From Hormiphora californensis (lineage: Eukaryota; Animalia; Ctenophora), in contig CM035360.1 in assembly GCA_020137815.1 (NCBI GenBank), forward strand, positions 7,564,001 to 7,628,000: a DNA stretch of 64,000 bases. Direction: 5' to 3'. Position numbers and translations under genes: made by a program. Positions 31,258-44,962 of the stretch are shown here, piece by piece; the stretch's first letter is position 1, and every line of letters starts with the position of its first letter. The notes beneath the pieces were generated by a model, which ran no database searches, was not told where the DNA came from, and saw only the letters and a program-made list of their open reading frames with translations.

Positions 31258-33589
31258 TCACTTTTTCCACTTGTCAGGTGCATTAAAACTCGTCATCCCC
31301 TTACCAGCGATCCCACACGTTCCAATACCAATCTTGCCCTCAAAGTTATCAGGAGATGCGAAGATACTTTTCTTAGCTGCTGTCTTGGTGATTGTCTTGT
31401 TAGTATTCATGAATTTTAACCAGTTGCCCTTCTCTTTCTCTTTAGCTTGTTCCATCTCTGTCTGGTGTTGCTTCCTGGATTGCTTCTTTTTCTTCTTTCG
31501 CTCTTTTTCAACCGCCGTCAGCTGCCGTTTTGCTCTGGAAAAGGAAGGATCAGAATGTGTCGAGTAGAAACATGTTGAAGGAACAAAAAAGAAAAAACAT
31601 CGTCACAACAAGATGACCAAACAAATTTTAAAACCTTGACACTTTTACTTACTCGTATGGGGAAGGTGCTACAATTGCTTCTCCCCATCTCCTCTTCTTT
31701 ATTTTCCTTACATTAGACAGCTGAAAATTATCAGAAAATTATATCTGAGGGGCACGGAGATATTGAATTGCTTGAAACTCGATAGATAATCTCATATTCC
31801 ATTATCTTACCGCAACGTTAGCAATTGAGCCAAGATCCATAAACCGGACCTGTACATAACCCTCTCCTGTAGCGAGAATCTCTGCATCTGCAAACCTGGG
31901 GGAGTGGGGAACTTGTTTACAACACCATCAACACAGATTTCCTGGTGCGGGATAGAAGATTTCTGATTTCTGAATGAGGCCTGCCACCTGAGGTACTCAC
32001 TGGTTTGTTTCGGGGTTTGTAGCCTGACATCTATCTCCAACCTTCCAATCAATAGCCATCAACTTGAGCTCTTGGAGGTGTTGCTAGAGAGAGAGTTAGG
32101 TTAGGATATTTAAACATGTAGTTAATTACATATCGTATTCTTGATTGTTTGATCAAATTTACCCTGAAAATCCTTTCCTTCTCGTCGATGATGTCCACCT
32201 TCCCTGTTGAGTCCAAGATCCGACCCTTCCCCAGACTATTGGTTATTGTCACCTAGGAGAAAGAGCTGTAGAGAACGAGAAAGAGAGCAGATACAGGTAA
32301 AATACGAAACTATCCAGTTCTCAAAGGGGGACCCACCTTAGTATCATCGAACTTGCTAAACTTCCCAACTCCAGCACCACCAGCAGGGGCAGCACTAGTT
32401 GAGGCAGCAGTGGCAGGTACTGTCTCCTCCTCTTCTACTGCAGGTGCAGAAGGGGCCTCCTCAGGTACATCAGGGGTTACAGGGGCTGCTGTACTAGGAG
32501 CCATCTTCACATCATCGTCATCATCATACAAGGAGAACACTTTATTTCCCTGTGTGTGGGAGATAAATATAGATATTCGTGGAAACTGCGTCATGTGTGT
32601 GAGGTGTAAAATCTAATCACTGTTTTAATATACACACATTTGATGATGAAGAAGGTCCCAGTTCATCAGCAGCTGCAGCTGGTTTATTTGATGATAGTCC
32701 CAGTAGATCTTCTGTTAGTGTGATGATATCCTGAAAGGAAGGAGATGTGGGGTTATAGTTTGAGGACAACCTGGTTGACTGCTAATAGTATCTTAGTTCT
32801 AAAACCATCCCAACTGTAACAGAAGCCCCTTCGCCAACAGAACTGAAAACACATGAAACTCCCCTCTCTCCAACAGAATACAAGAAGTTCCCCCTTCTCT
32901 CCAACAGAATAGATGAAACTCCCCCCTTCTCTCCACTACACACGTGAGGATGACAATTCCACAGTAGTGTACAATGTGATGTGCTGTTTAATATCAGGGC
33001 AGTTAGCTGAGGGGGACGCGCGTGAGGCCAGTGCTGGGGAACACTTTGCACAAGAAACGGAGCACCGCGCGTGCGCTACAAGGGGAGAGAAATGGAGCTC
33101 CTCTCGGCGATATTTGTATTTGTGTGTCGTGTGAGTACTGACTCAACTGAGTCGTGAGAGTGTCTCTCTCAGTTCAGTGAGATTATTAACATAGATTGCA
33201 GAGAGATAGAGAGTTTCTTAACTCATAATGCAGTAGTGGGAGACAGAAGTCAAGAGACCGTGTTTTTAACAGCACCATAAGTCAATGATCAATGACGAAT
33301 GACGGTAGACCAATTTCCCCGACAACAGATAAAAACACATGTTCTATGTTTACTAGAACAAACTTGGTACCAACCCTCCCTCTCACAACTTAAACAACAC
33401 AAAACAGGGGGGGGGTTGAATATCCACCATTAAAGAACAACCACCCTTCCCTCAGTTAGGTTTATCACTAACCACAAGATCCTGTTTCAGTTTCAGTAAC
33501 TCCTCATTGTCTGGATCTCCTACCAGGGCAGCCTCTACCTGCTCTAGTTGTACACGATACGTCTGGAGGTCTGCAGACTCATCTGACAT
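31258..33589 (-). CDS. SMNDC1: Survival motor neuron domain-containing splicing factor SPF30
   Basis: LQTYRVQLEQVEAALVGDPDNEELLKLKQDL, Tudor start WKVGDRC, C-terminal KKSIFASPD..GKIGIGTCG. Confidence 0.93.
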
Positions 33590-34282
33590 GGCTATATACA
33601 GAGAGAGGGTGATTAGGAGGTGACATGGGGAAGTGAGGGGTTTATGTTCTCTCCTTTAAAGTGGGGATGGGGCGATAATCAGGGAGAGAGCAAGAGGGTG
33701 ATTAGGAGGGAGGGGTGAAAGTGGTAAATAATACAACTCGGTGGTTAACGAAAGAGAATATATATTGTGGGGGGTAATACATAGATAACTAGTTAACCGT
33801 GGATAATAAGCTAAGCTATATGAAATTAAAAATCCTATAAAAACCTAGGCTTGATACATCTAAAAGTTCCCTTTACCAGGTTAGGTAAGAATGTAAAAGA
33901 TACAACCAAGACAGTCTCAAGTCCCAAACTGTTTAGATGGATATTGGTAACAACTAACAAGTGGTTAGATATACTATAAGCGACACAGGCAGACACACAC
34001 ACATAAATACACAGACATAGCTAGATATGAATGAACTTTTAGAAATGGTAGAACTAAGAACTCAATAGGATGGGTCTATCAAGGCGAGAAAATGCATCTT
34101 CTCTCTATATCTTCTTGGTGAACTAAACAACTTGAGCTTAAATAAAGATCACACAAAGATATGTTGGTCTAAAACTTTTTCACTTAGTATTTCTTCCATA
34201 TCAATTTGTCTCTTTTGAAATTAAAGAATTCCCAGTATAGTAACCTCTCGTTTCAACAGATATATCTTGAATCTTCGTTCCT

Positions 34283-36980
34283 TCACTGTTCGGCACCATC
34301 CCCTCCCATCTGACCTCCCTCCATCACCTCCTCACCTCCCATTAGGTATCTTGCCGGCTGTATATTGACATGTATCTTCTGATGTATAGCCATAGCTTCC
34401 TCACTATCTGTATAGAAATCACACTCATGACACACAATCGCATCCTCGGGGATATCCTCTTCGTCTTCATCTTCCTCGTCGTGCATCATATCTCCCTCTA
34501 CCATCTCCCCCTCCTCCATCTCCCCCTCCTCCATCTCCCCCTCCTCCATTTCTCCTTCCTCCATTTCCTCTCCCTCGCTGCAGCTGTGTGAAATATAATT
34601 CTTGCTCTTTTTGCAATCCTTAACATGTGCGATCATGTGGTTCTTGAGACTGGACGGTGTCTGAACCCTACTGTTACACAGTGGACACTTGAAGGGTTTT
34701 ATATCGTGGTGAATGGAACTCCTCTTTTCACCTTCCTCTTCAACTGGGGTTGGACGGGGGAGACCGAGGTGGAGGCTCTACACTTGACCATGTGCTGGTG
34801 GAGGAAGGCTGTATCCACAGTGAGATATCCACAATTCACACAACTGTGGACATCCGCACTCTCATTAGATTGTATTTCGTGGAGATCCAGGTGCAGGGAG
34901 ATCTCACTCTGTACTGTAGAGGTGTAACTAGAGGGAGATAGAGGGGTTAGTAAACTAGTTAGTGACAGTGTTCCCTCCTTTTCTCCCTGTGTTCGGGTAG
35001 GATAAGGGATCCCCGAACCCAAGCAGATGAGTGGCAGTGAAATCAGGAACAGATAAGATGCTGACTAGTTCTAACATAACAACTATTTTCCCAACTACTA
35101 ACCTGCAGTGGTGACACTTGTGTGTTCTGTAGTTGCTATGCTCAAACAACAAATGTTCCACATATTCATCCCTTGTAGTGAGTATCGCCATACAGATAGC
35201 ACACGCTATAGGGTCCTCAACCTCGTTCTCTCCTATACAAGATAAGAGGGTGTCAAAGAGAGGTGCGTTTTGTTGTTTGTGTGTTGTGTGATTTCTGTGT
35301 TTTAGGGAGAAAGGAACAGGACGAAATGAGAGTAGGTTTTACCTGCTTCTTTAGCTGTATCAATAGTGTTATGAATCCTCTTGTGAACACCTAGCACCTT
35401 AGCGTTCTCACAAATGAAATCACACTTATCACACTTTGTGTAGTTCACCATCAGTTCAGGTTTGGATTCAATTAGCTCAGTGCAACATCATGTGCTTCTC
35501 CAGAATAACCTAGAAAGGATGGGGGATATTTCTCTGCTTGTCTTCCTTTGTATCCCCTCTAAACTAGATCTACCAACGTACCTTTTTCTGTGTGTTATAA
35601 GGGCACTTTGTACACCTAAACTCTCTATTGCCGGTGTGCACTACCATGTGCTTCTTGAGGTTGTAGGGGGATCGGAAATTCTTGGGACAGTGCTGACACT
35701 TGTAACTCTGCATTACCTGAGAGGGGTGGGCATTAGAGAACAAGGTGCAACTAATGATTCTCAGTAATGAACATTTTGTATCGGGGACCCAAGGTGTAGA
35801 AATAATGTCCATACTATCATTGGGAGGCCACACCCCTTGGTACCCGTTATATTAGCGATTGTGAACAACATGTTCTGTTGTTCTGTTAACAGACACAATC
35901 CTACCTTTTTCTTGGCGTGGTGTGTGTTGCGATGTTTAATGAACTCCTTCTGTATGTTGGTAGTAAAGTCACAGAACCCACACTGCTCTACTTTTATGGA
36001 AGTTTTTAATGTGGTTATCCACTCTCTCCTGTGGTGGGGATGTTATTTAGTGGTAGTGTTGGGTATGTATAGCTGAGCTGTTAGTAGTCTAAATAATGCG
36101 GTTAAAACTATCATGTTAAAGATTCATATTCCTACATTATATCTGTACTACTCAGCTCTGATTACGAACCAACACTCTGCATGTTTCTACACTACTCAGC
36201 CCTGTGTTCTTACCTGATTGATTGTCCTGAAGCTACACCCATGTAGTGGGCACGCCATGTTTTTATCTTGATGCGACTCATGATGCCTCTGTAGCTGGTG
36301 AACTGTTGAGAACCTCTTTGACAAAACTCGCACACATAAGCATCGTCAAAATGCTTCCTCTGATGTACTCGGAGTGCGTTAAGTTGCTTATAGGACCGGG
36401 AACAAACATCACAAATATAAGGCCGTTCATCAGTGTGTGCAGTCCTCATGTGTCTTGCTAGAATGTGCTGTTCTACAAATCCTCTATCACACAGACTACA
36501 CACAAAGGGTTTCTCTCCAGTGTGATGCCGCATCTCATGGGCCCTAGTGTGGGATCTGAACCTGCCTTGGTAGGGACAGTAGCTACACTTGAAGGGCCGT
36601 ACTATAGTGTTAGCGTGGAGTTTCTTGTGCCTATCAAAGTATGGTTTAATGCGTGTAGAGTACTTGCACGTGCTGCAGTAGTACAGTTTAGTGTTTTGTG
36701 GCTCATTGTGGATCTTGATATGTTGTTCTGTCCTCTCCCTTTGAAAGGAGAAGAAGTCACAGAGTGAACACCGGAACACCTTCTTTACACTCTTGGTAGC
36801 GGGTGGTCCTGACTTCTTATCCTCCTCCTTTATAGGGGTCTTGGGTTTACCATTACCATTGAATGTGGGTGGCGTCTCCTCCTCAGATCCGTACTCAGAC
36901 TCCTCTTCTCCCTGGTGCTCTCCCCCTGGAGGGGAGGTGTAGAGGGGAGCGGAGGGAGGGGGGTCTGATGCTTCTGTCAT
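34283..36980 (-). CDS. Multi-C2H2 zinc-finger protein, ~6 exons, with indels
   Basis: More than 10 CxxC..HxxxH units, HTGEKPF and HTDERPY linkers, acidic (EEGEM)n tract. Confidence 0.88.
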
Positions 36981-37221
36981 ATGTGAGAGCTGTGGTAGGG
37001 AGTGTGGGTTAGTGGAGAAAGAAGGGTAATAGAGGATTTTTAGAGAGTTATGGGATATTAAAACTTTTGAGGGTCACCATTCTTTACAAACATGTGTACA
37101 AACACCACCCCACAAATAAAACTCTAGTTAAAAACACAGCTCTCTTTCTTTGACAGATTTGATAGACTATACAAAATACTGCTATCCTGCTGCGTTACGT
37201 TTTACTAAAAGACCCCCTCCC

Positions 37222-38224
37222 CTAATCCACTACTGAACTCCAGAACAATCTAAATATCTCAGGTAGTTTATTGATATCAGGTACAATATCATAACTCCCA
37301 TTAGTCCGTCCAAACACAGATACCCTCTCCTCAATCACAGTCTGTTCATCGATCAGCAGATCAAATGGGATTCCCAACATACCACTCTCAATCTGACTCT
37401 CAAACACTCTAGCAATGACACCATTAGAATTGAGGGCTGCACAGATCCGGTCACTAAGAGCTGACACATCCTCATTCCCAGGATCACATTTCACTACTGC
37501 AACGTGACACGGCGCTATCCGGGGATGGAAGGCGGAGAACCGGGGAGGAGTGTCGTGGAGGAATTTATCAAGTGTTATAGCAAGATACCAGTGAGTTAGG
37601 AAGTTAGTTGTTTGGAGAACTGAGGTGTGTTCATGTTTCATAAATCTTGTTTCTTGTAGTGGGATTGTAAACCCATCCTCCAAACTGTACACTATCTTAT
37701 AAACGTTACTATTAGGGGATTTAACTTGATAAAAGTCCGATTTAAAGTGAGCAATGAATTTAAAGAACCGCTCATATTTGCTAAACATGTCTTTCCGCTG
37801 ATCGAACTCCAAGTACCCAGCATGGGTAACAAAGTTGTTATAAAACCGTAACGTGTGGAGTAGTTTATCCTCGGTAAATCCAAGCCGCGAGATATCATAC
37901 ATTCCATCACAGCATTCAGTGTCCTCTAACTCTGCACACGCTGAACAAGCCTTACTGACGTAGTCCGTATAGACAGGCATTGGTTTGATGTAGCTAACTG
38001 CCCTGTTGTTAGACTCCTTTACCAACCCCTCATACCCATCAGTAGCAGGGTCAGTGTCAGGGGGTTCCATGTAGAGAGAGTGGGATCTGTGGCAGTCCCT
38101 GACCCAGGCGTGTTCCAAGTTCCGGAGGATGGATGTACCATTGTGGGGCAGGTACCGGGCTGTAGGGAGAGGGCAGGAATCCTAGCTTTGTCAGGTGTTG
38201 GACTAGCGCCGGACTAAACTTCAT
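37222..38224 (-). CDS. Divergent class IIa aaRS-like protein, probably DNA polymerase gamma accessory subunit (POLG2-like); frameshift or short intron near 38165
   Basis: NGTSILRNLEHAW resembles class II motif 1; FHPRIAPCHVAV...ALNSNGV...LGIPFDLLIDEQT is a Gly/His/Pro/Thr-type anticodon-binding domain; no catalytic motif 2/3 seen. Confidence 0.6.
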
Positions 38225-38493
38225 AGAGACTACTGGAGGGGAGGATGGGTTAGAAAGAGAGATAGATATCAATGGGAGAGAAGTATGAAGAAAACACAAT
38301 GAATTTAAACAAGTCTTTTACAAAATTTATACATTCTGACATTTAAATTTCTCCATAAAAGAATTCAAATTGAAAACCCCACTCTATCAAAAGTAATAAA
38401 ATTATAAAAACAAGCATAAAAGTGTCTGAAATTTTTACACATACAAAAACTTTATGATTTCACAGAAAAATCAGGAGCTGCAATCCCTAGCAG

Positions 38494-41400
38494 TTATTCA
38501 GGAATAAGAGCTAAACTGGGAGTAGCATCTACCATCTCCCACCTCTCGTCTCCCTGACAGATCTTGTACTTCCCAGCAGGTAGATCCACTGGCTTACCTG
38601 ATAAGGGGGAGGGGGACGAGTTAGTTGATGACAAAATAGTGGGACAACGGTGGGACAATAGTGCAAGTGGGACAAACTACTAACTATTGTAAAGCACAGA
38701 GAGTTGATATATGTTCTCTGACCTGTAATAAGGGGGTATGATTTCCCTCCCTCACCACAATCCACAATACTCCACACTTCAAACCCATTACCAGTAGTCC
38801 TGGTGATCGTAAATGATCCTGAACAGATAGAGAGAGTGGGAGTTATCGAGTAATGAAGGGAGAAATAAATCGTGAAAATCAGGGGGTTTTGTGAGGTTTC
38901 AGATCTTGTACCCGGTAAAGTACCTTGACAACCCACGTACCTTCTTTGACGGTGATATTGTACCTCTCCCCATGGTACACTACACCAGTATAACTAGTAG
39001 AGGTACACCCTGGTAGTAGGTGAGGTGAGAGGTACATGACACTCTCCTCCACCCTCACCCCCAGGTACCCATGTACCAGGGATTGTAGGAACCCTCCTAC
39101 AGCTGTTAGGAAGTTAGTACACCCAACATACTCTGGGTACTCGTTCCACACCTACATTTCGGGGAGGGGTTGGATCAAAATACCACTTACAGTTTGATAT
39201 TTTCATTAGAAATGTAATTATTGTTGGGGAGTCACAGATCTTGTTCTGTCCTAAAGATCTAACCTTGAAAGGTGCTCGGAGGTTCTTGAACTGAATCTGG
39301 AAGAGCTGACCTGCAGTTGTCTCATCTCCCAGTTCTAACATCCCCACACTGTACATGGAATATGTCATACCTGGTCCTGAAAAAGAGGGGATGAGTGGGA
39401 TTATACCCGGTCCTAGAGTAGGAGTAGAGGTTTGGTATTCACATTTATAAAGGAGAAACTTTACTTAGCCCTGAGGGCCTGGTTAATTCACCCTCCTTCG
39501 TTATTTGATAGCTGTAAGACTAACACTACAGTAACTAAAGTGTGTTACCTTTATCAGTACACTTCTCATAGACAGTAATATCGTTCCTCCTAACATCGTC
39601 AGGCATGGTAACACCTAGAGGGTACCCCATTAGTACCACAGAGGCCTGCTTGATCAGGGTACCCTGGGTGTATCCATCGAACTCAGGGTGGTACCTGGGA
39701 GAGATGAGGGAGAAGGGGGTTACAGATCTGAGTGGGGGTTAGGTAGATCACCTGTTATATGGGGGAGTAGTTAGTACTAGAAGGGGTTACAGATCTGTGG
39801 GGGTAGATCACATGCATAGTAGGTGGACGTGACGTGGTGCATGGTTAGTACTAGAAGAAAAATAGCTGTTCTCTGTAGTTTAGTGAGTTAGAGACGTTTG
39901 TTTGAGAAAATAGAGATATATCTTGGTAATTACGTACCTAAGTTGTTTATCGAAAGGTATCTTTATTCTATCCACAACTGACACCCATCGTGGATCAGGG
40001 GTTTTATCCAACTTCCCCGCTGCTTCAATCGCAAATTCTAGATTTAGTCGAGCAGCACTGATGGGGGAAATGAATATTCAGATTACTGGATAAGAGTAAT
40101 CAAGCGTTCAGATAGTGGTGTAAGTTGGTTGACACCCTCCAGTAATTACTAATTAGACCTCACCTGTTAGTGAATGCTGAGTTGTTGACCCTCGCATGAT
40201 ACTCATCAGGGATCCATTACATTATCAATAACAAACACACCTCCCTCCTCTCTCCACTGTACCCTACTGGTCCAGAAGTCAGCAGTCTCTCTGACCACCT
40301 CCCAAGCCCCATCCTCAGTCAACAGCCCCCACCCTCCAGTCCCATAACAATACTGCCTCATAGCATACACCACACATGCAGTTATATGCTGCTGATTATC
40401 TGCATATATCTTCCCTGGACACACATCCACCCCAGTCCTCCCACTCTCCCAGGGATACATGGCACCCATGTAGCCAGCTGCACGAGCCTTGGTTCGTGCC
40501 CCTGGCAGCATGGCTATACGGTACAAGATGGACTGTCTGACGAGGGAGGGGAAGAGGGCGAGAACCCCTGGTAACATCCATAGATCCTGATCCCAGAACA
40601 CGTGGCCCCAGTAATCCTGGTTATCTCCACCGTTACCTGGGGGGATTAGATTGTTATATCAGATGTCTGGTATAGAGGGAGATCGAATTTCCAGTGTTTT
40701 TTATGAAAAAGACATTTAAGGGTACGCTAACCAAAAATTTTTTTCGAGTGCAGGGAAATCTCTCACCGTAGGGTTGTAGGCCATGCCAAGGAGACCTCAA
40801 ATATGCAATTTGAGCTCTCAAGTCGAATTCATATTTTTGCTACAGCTGCTTGAAAAATGAACTGAAAATAAGTTTTTGGCATCTCAAAAAATTTTATTCA
40901 AAGATAGGAGCATGAAAATTTGGGGATTTGAAGAGGACATGAAGGTGAATAACCACAAAAATTTTTTTTGCAATCCGAGCTGATTTCCGGTCCTGAGATG
41001 GATTTCTTTTTTTCCACTTTAACGCCCTATTTGGCAAAGTTCCGAAAACATGTGAAAGCTGTAAATTGGTGAAAAGTTGCGTCTAACGATTATCTAAGTG
41101 GCCATAAATTTTGGGCGTGTCCTTATTTGAGATAAGCTGTACGGAGTTTTTTTTGTGAAAGCCGTCATTTCAGAAATAAATAAATTCCCTGTATCTCAAA
41201 AACGGCTGATCGTAGAGACCTGAGACTATGCTTAAACGATTCAGAAGGTCCGATTTTGGGGGGGGTCTTCTGAGAGACATTTTGCTCCTACTTCAACCGT
41301 TTTTGCTGTAATTGCGAAAAACAATAACCCATCTTCGCCATCGTGGATTTTTTGTGATTTTGTTTTTGATGATTATAGGGACCCATATGGACCAAATAGT

Positions 41401-42963
41401 GAAGGAATTAGCTTGTTAAACATTTTTCCATAGTTTCGGTCCTTCCTTAGCTAAAATTCCCTAATTACAGGATATTGGAGTTTAGCTTTTGCCCTTTTCA
41501 TAGAATTTGTTTTTCGCAATTACAGCAAAAACGGTTGAAGTAGGAGCAAAATGTCTCTCAGAAGACCCCCCCAAAATCGGACCTTCTGAATCGTTTAAGC
41601 ATAGTCTCAGGTCTCTACGATCAGCCGTTTTTGAGATACAGGGAATTTATTTATTTCTGAAATGACGGATTTCACAAAAAAAATTCTGTACAGCTTATCT
41701 CAAATAAGGACACGCCCAAAATTTATGGCCACTTAGATAATCGTTAGACGCAACTTTTCAACAATTTACAGCTTTCACATGTTTTCGGAACTTTGCCAAA
41801 TAGGGCGTTAAAGTGGAAAAAAAGAAATCCATCTCAGGACCGGAAATCAGCTCGGATTGCAAAAAAAATTTTTGTGGTTATTCACCTTCATGTCCTCTTC
41901 AAATCCCCAAATTTTCATGCTCCTATCTTTGAAAAAAATTTTTTGAGATGCCAAAAACTTATTTTCAGTTCATTTTTCAAGCAGCTGTAGCAAAAATATG
42001 AATTCGACTTGAGAGCTCAAATTGCATATTTGAGGTCTCCTTGGCATGGCCTACAACCCTACGGTGAGAGATTTCCCTGCACTCGAAAAAAATTTTTGGT
42101 TAGCGTACCCTTAAATGGGGAGCGTAGAGACAGTACGAACAGTTCAAGGAGAAATCTACTCACCAAGACTACCAGGGCTGACTCCAAAGAATGTAAAGGG
42201 ATAGTTATCCAAGGTAGGTATCTCCAGTGCAAAATGTGGGAAGGAAGCAAGGAGATAGTAGAGGGATGACTTGATAGTCTGGTTCAGATCGTCATCACCA
42301 TTAGCATCAATACCCACAGTATCCCATACCCATTTCCAGGATTCAGTATGAGTTGAGAACAACTCCCCCTTCTTTGCATACCCTAGTGCGAGGTTGTAGA
42401 ACGTCACAGCCTCCTCTAGATTCTCTCCAAATGCCGCCAGATACAGGTAACTCCCCGCAGTTAGAGTGACTGGGAAGGCAGTACTCACATACGCCACAGT
42501 TAGGTGAGGAGCAGTATCTGTTTCTGGTGCATTTATCTGGGCACTAAACTTCACCACTTCACCCTCCATCTCCATGAATGTGGTGGTGAGATCATCACTA
42601 TCAGGACCATGATGGCTCTCCAGCCCCACATCCCCTCCATTAACTGTGATCTCTGTTACAAGGACCCGGTTTAGGACAGAGTGAGCGTAGGAGCGCTGAG
42701 TAAAGTTACCTCCCGTAATAGTGTAGGTGCCTTCCTTACAGTTGAGGGTGTAACCAGTGATGCTAGCACTACTGCTGACATAAGGGAAGGGGACAGGGGA
42801 CTCTGGCTCGGTGACAGGCAGTAGTGTGGCCATTATAGAGGCCGTTTATATGGACAGTGTTACCATGGAGACGATGACCCAGGAACGCGTTGGAGAGGAT
42901 GGGGTTGTTGTTGGGGTTGGAGGGGAGGGACGGTGAGGTTAGGATGTAGGGATCACCCGACAT
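38494..42963 (-). CDS. PGGHG: GH65 glycoside hydrolase, PGGHG/ATHL1-like (frameshift near 42785)
   Basis: NGLYNG...HRARVP, YWGHVFWDQDLWMLP, GAMYPWESG, QQHITA, IKQASVVLMGYPL, GPGMTYSM, NFLTAVGGFLQ. Confidence 0.9.
40720..42110. mobile_element. Non-autonomous foldback DNA transposon, ~600-bp TIRs, TTAA TSD, GG termini (Kolobok-like)
   Basis: 40720-41324 is the near-perfect reverse complement of 41507-42110; ttaa at 40716-40719 and 42111-42114. Confidence 0.92.
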
Positions 42964-43298
42964 ACTTTCCTGGAGAAATGATGGGTTTATTAGGAGGGGT
43001 TCATTAGGGGAAGTATTGGAGATAGTGCACAACAAAACTCACATGATTTGGTAAAAAAGTATAGCAAGCAATAATACAATTTATAAAACTCCGAAACAAA
43101 CAACCACCAAACGTCAACTTCCATTAAAAACAAATAAACACCTTGATACAGGGTTTATAAAACCCAGCTAAGATTTAGCATTATTCATTCTTTTTCAATA
43201 AAGGTTTTTTAAACAAAACACTATTCCCAATGTTATTCATCACAGCATGTATTCTCTCCAGTATTCGATAAAACACGACTATAGCCAATATCTCAGTA

Positions 43299-44579
43299 CT
43301 AAACGTTCATGTTGGGTAGGGCGTGTTGGTTGTTTTGTAACACATGAGGTGAGGGACGGGACTGTTTAAAGAAATACATGAGGGGAGTATTACCTAGTTT
43401 ATCCTGTGCATTAGGAGACAGCCCATTCTCAATCAGCAGCCTCAATATTTCACTGTTGGGTGCATGTATCACACTAAGGTGGAGAAGATTCCTACCATGA
43501 TCATCTACCTTCTCAAAATCAAATATCTCCCGGTCCATTAGGAATCTTATACCCACAACATTCTGATGTCTCACAGCACAATCCAACAGTGACTCACCCC
43601 TCCTGTTCTTGTGGTGTAGCAACTCTGGTACCTTGTTCTCAATGTACTTGTACAATTGTACAAAAGTAGAGGTCTCCTCGCTCTCACAGTAGGGTTGGAG
43701 ACTAAAGAATATGGGGGGATCACCTCTCTGTGACAAAACGGTGACGTCTCCCCCATTCTGTAGCAACTTATCAACCTTGTAGGTGTCCCCTCTCATCGCT
43801 GATATGTGCAGGGGAGACCAGCCGTGAACGTTAACTATGTTAACTTGTAGATCTTTAACACTGAGTAGAGTATCAAACATGATGTGTGATACAGACAGAC
43901 ACGCTTGGTGGATAACAGCCTCTTGTAACACACAGCATGTCGTGTTAACATCGGCACCCAGGTCAATTAATAGCCGAACTGAGAGGGCGTCCTGGTTAGC
44001 TACTGCCAGAAAGAGTGGTGTCTCCCCATATGAGTTAGCACGGTTCACATCAAACCCTGTGGAAAAGAGAAAGTTGAAACGGGGGAAAATGTCATTACAA
44101 ACAAGGGAAACTTGAAACGGAGGAGAGATGTTTGCATACCTATTTTAACTAGACGACGAATAACTGATGACAGGATTGGAAGGCCATCATGCCGTTGTCT
44201 TCGTCTGTAATCGTTGAATGACAAACACAGATAGTTTAGCAAAGGGCAGTTTTCATTGTTAGCCTTCACTTTCAACCATTCTTGTACCACAGGCTGAAAC
44301 ATGGTGTGTGTGATTAACGCGTTATAACAGGTATTGAGAGGCAGTACCAGGTGGTTCCATGAGTCCTACCTCATTAATCCTTTCCTCCACTCTATCTATC
44401 AGGTAGTCAATGATTGACCGCTGCCTGTAGTAACATGCCATCATCAGATAAGTTTCTTTATCGTTGAAAATCTTCAACCACCCATCATTTTCGAAGACAG
44501 ACTTCACGAACGGTAACTCTCCGTCCCTGATTCGGTCTCGTGTGAGCAAATATTGCTGCTCCTCTGGTGTGAATGCCAT
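43299..44579 (-). CDS. Ankyrin-repeat protein, exons ~44350-44579 and 43299-44057
   Basis: GETPLFLAV, GWSPLHISA, GESLLDCAV, GRNLLHLSV, GNTPLMY. Confidence 0.88.
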
Positions 44580-44962
44580 TACTGTAAAATTGGATCATTT
44601 CATACGCTAATAAGAGGGCGAAAAAAGGCGACCGAAATTTCAAGAAGATAAATATGGGCATGTGGCCTCTGACAAGTCACCCTCGAGTCCCTGTATGTCT
44701 GGGGCCATTGGGCGAGAGGCAAGACACCGGTTAGGGAGCAAAACCCCCAACAGCTAGATCCTAGGGACCAGGGGCAGTTAGTAGACCCAGGTATACTCCA
44801 TTTTTTTTCAACTGTTCACCCCCCATTATTATTATTATTATTAAATCTAAAAATGTATACATTGCATTAACTCAACATATACATTTTTTAACTCAACATA
44901 TACATTTTTTGTGGGCAATTTGGATAGTCCTTTCGATTTAAAATTCAATGGTTAGAGTTCAC

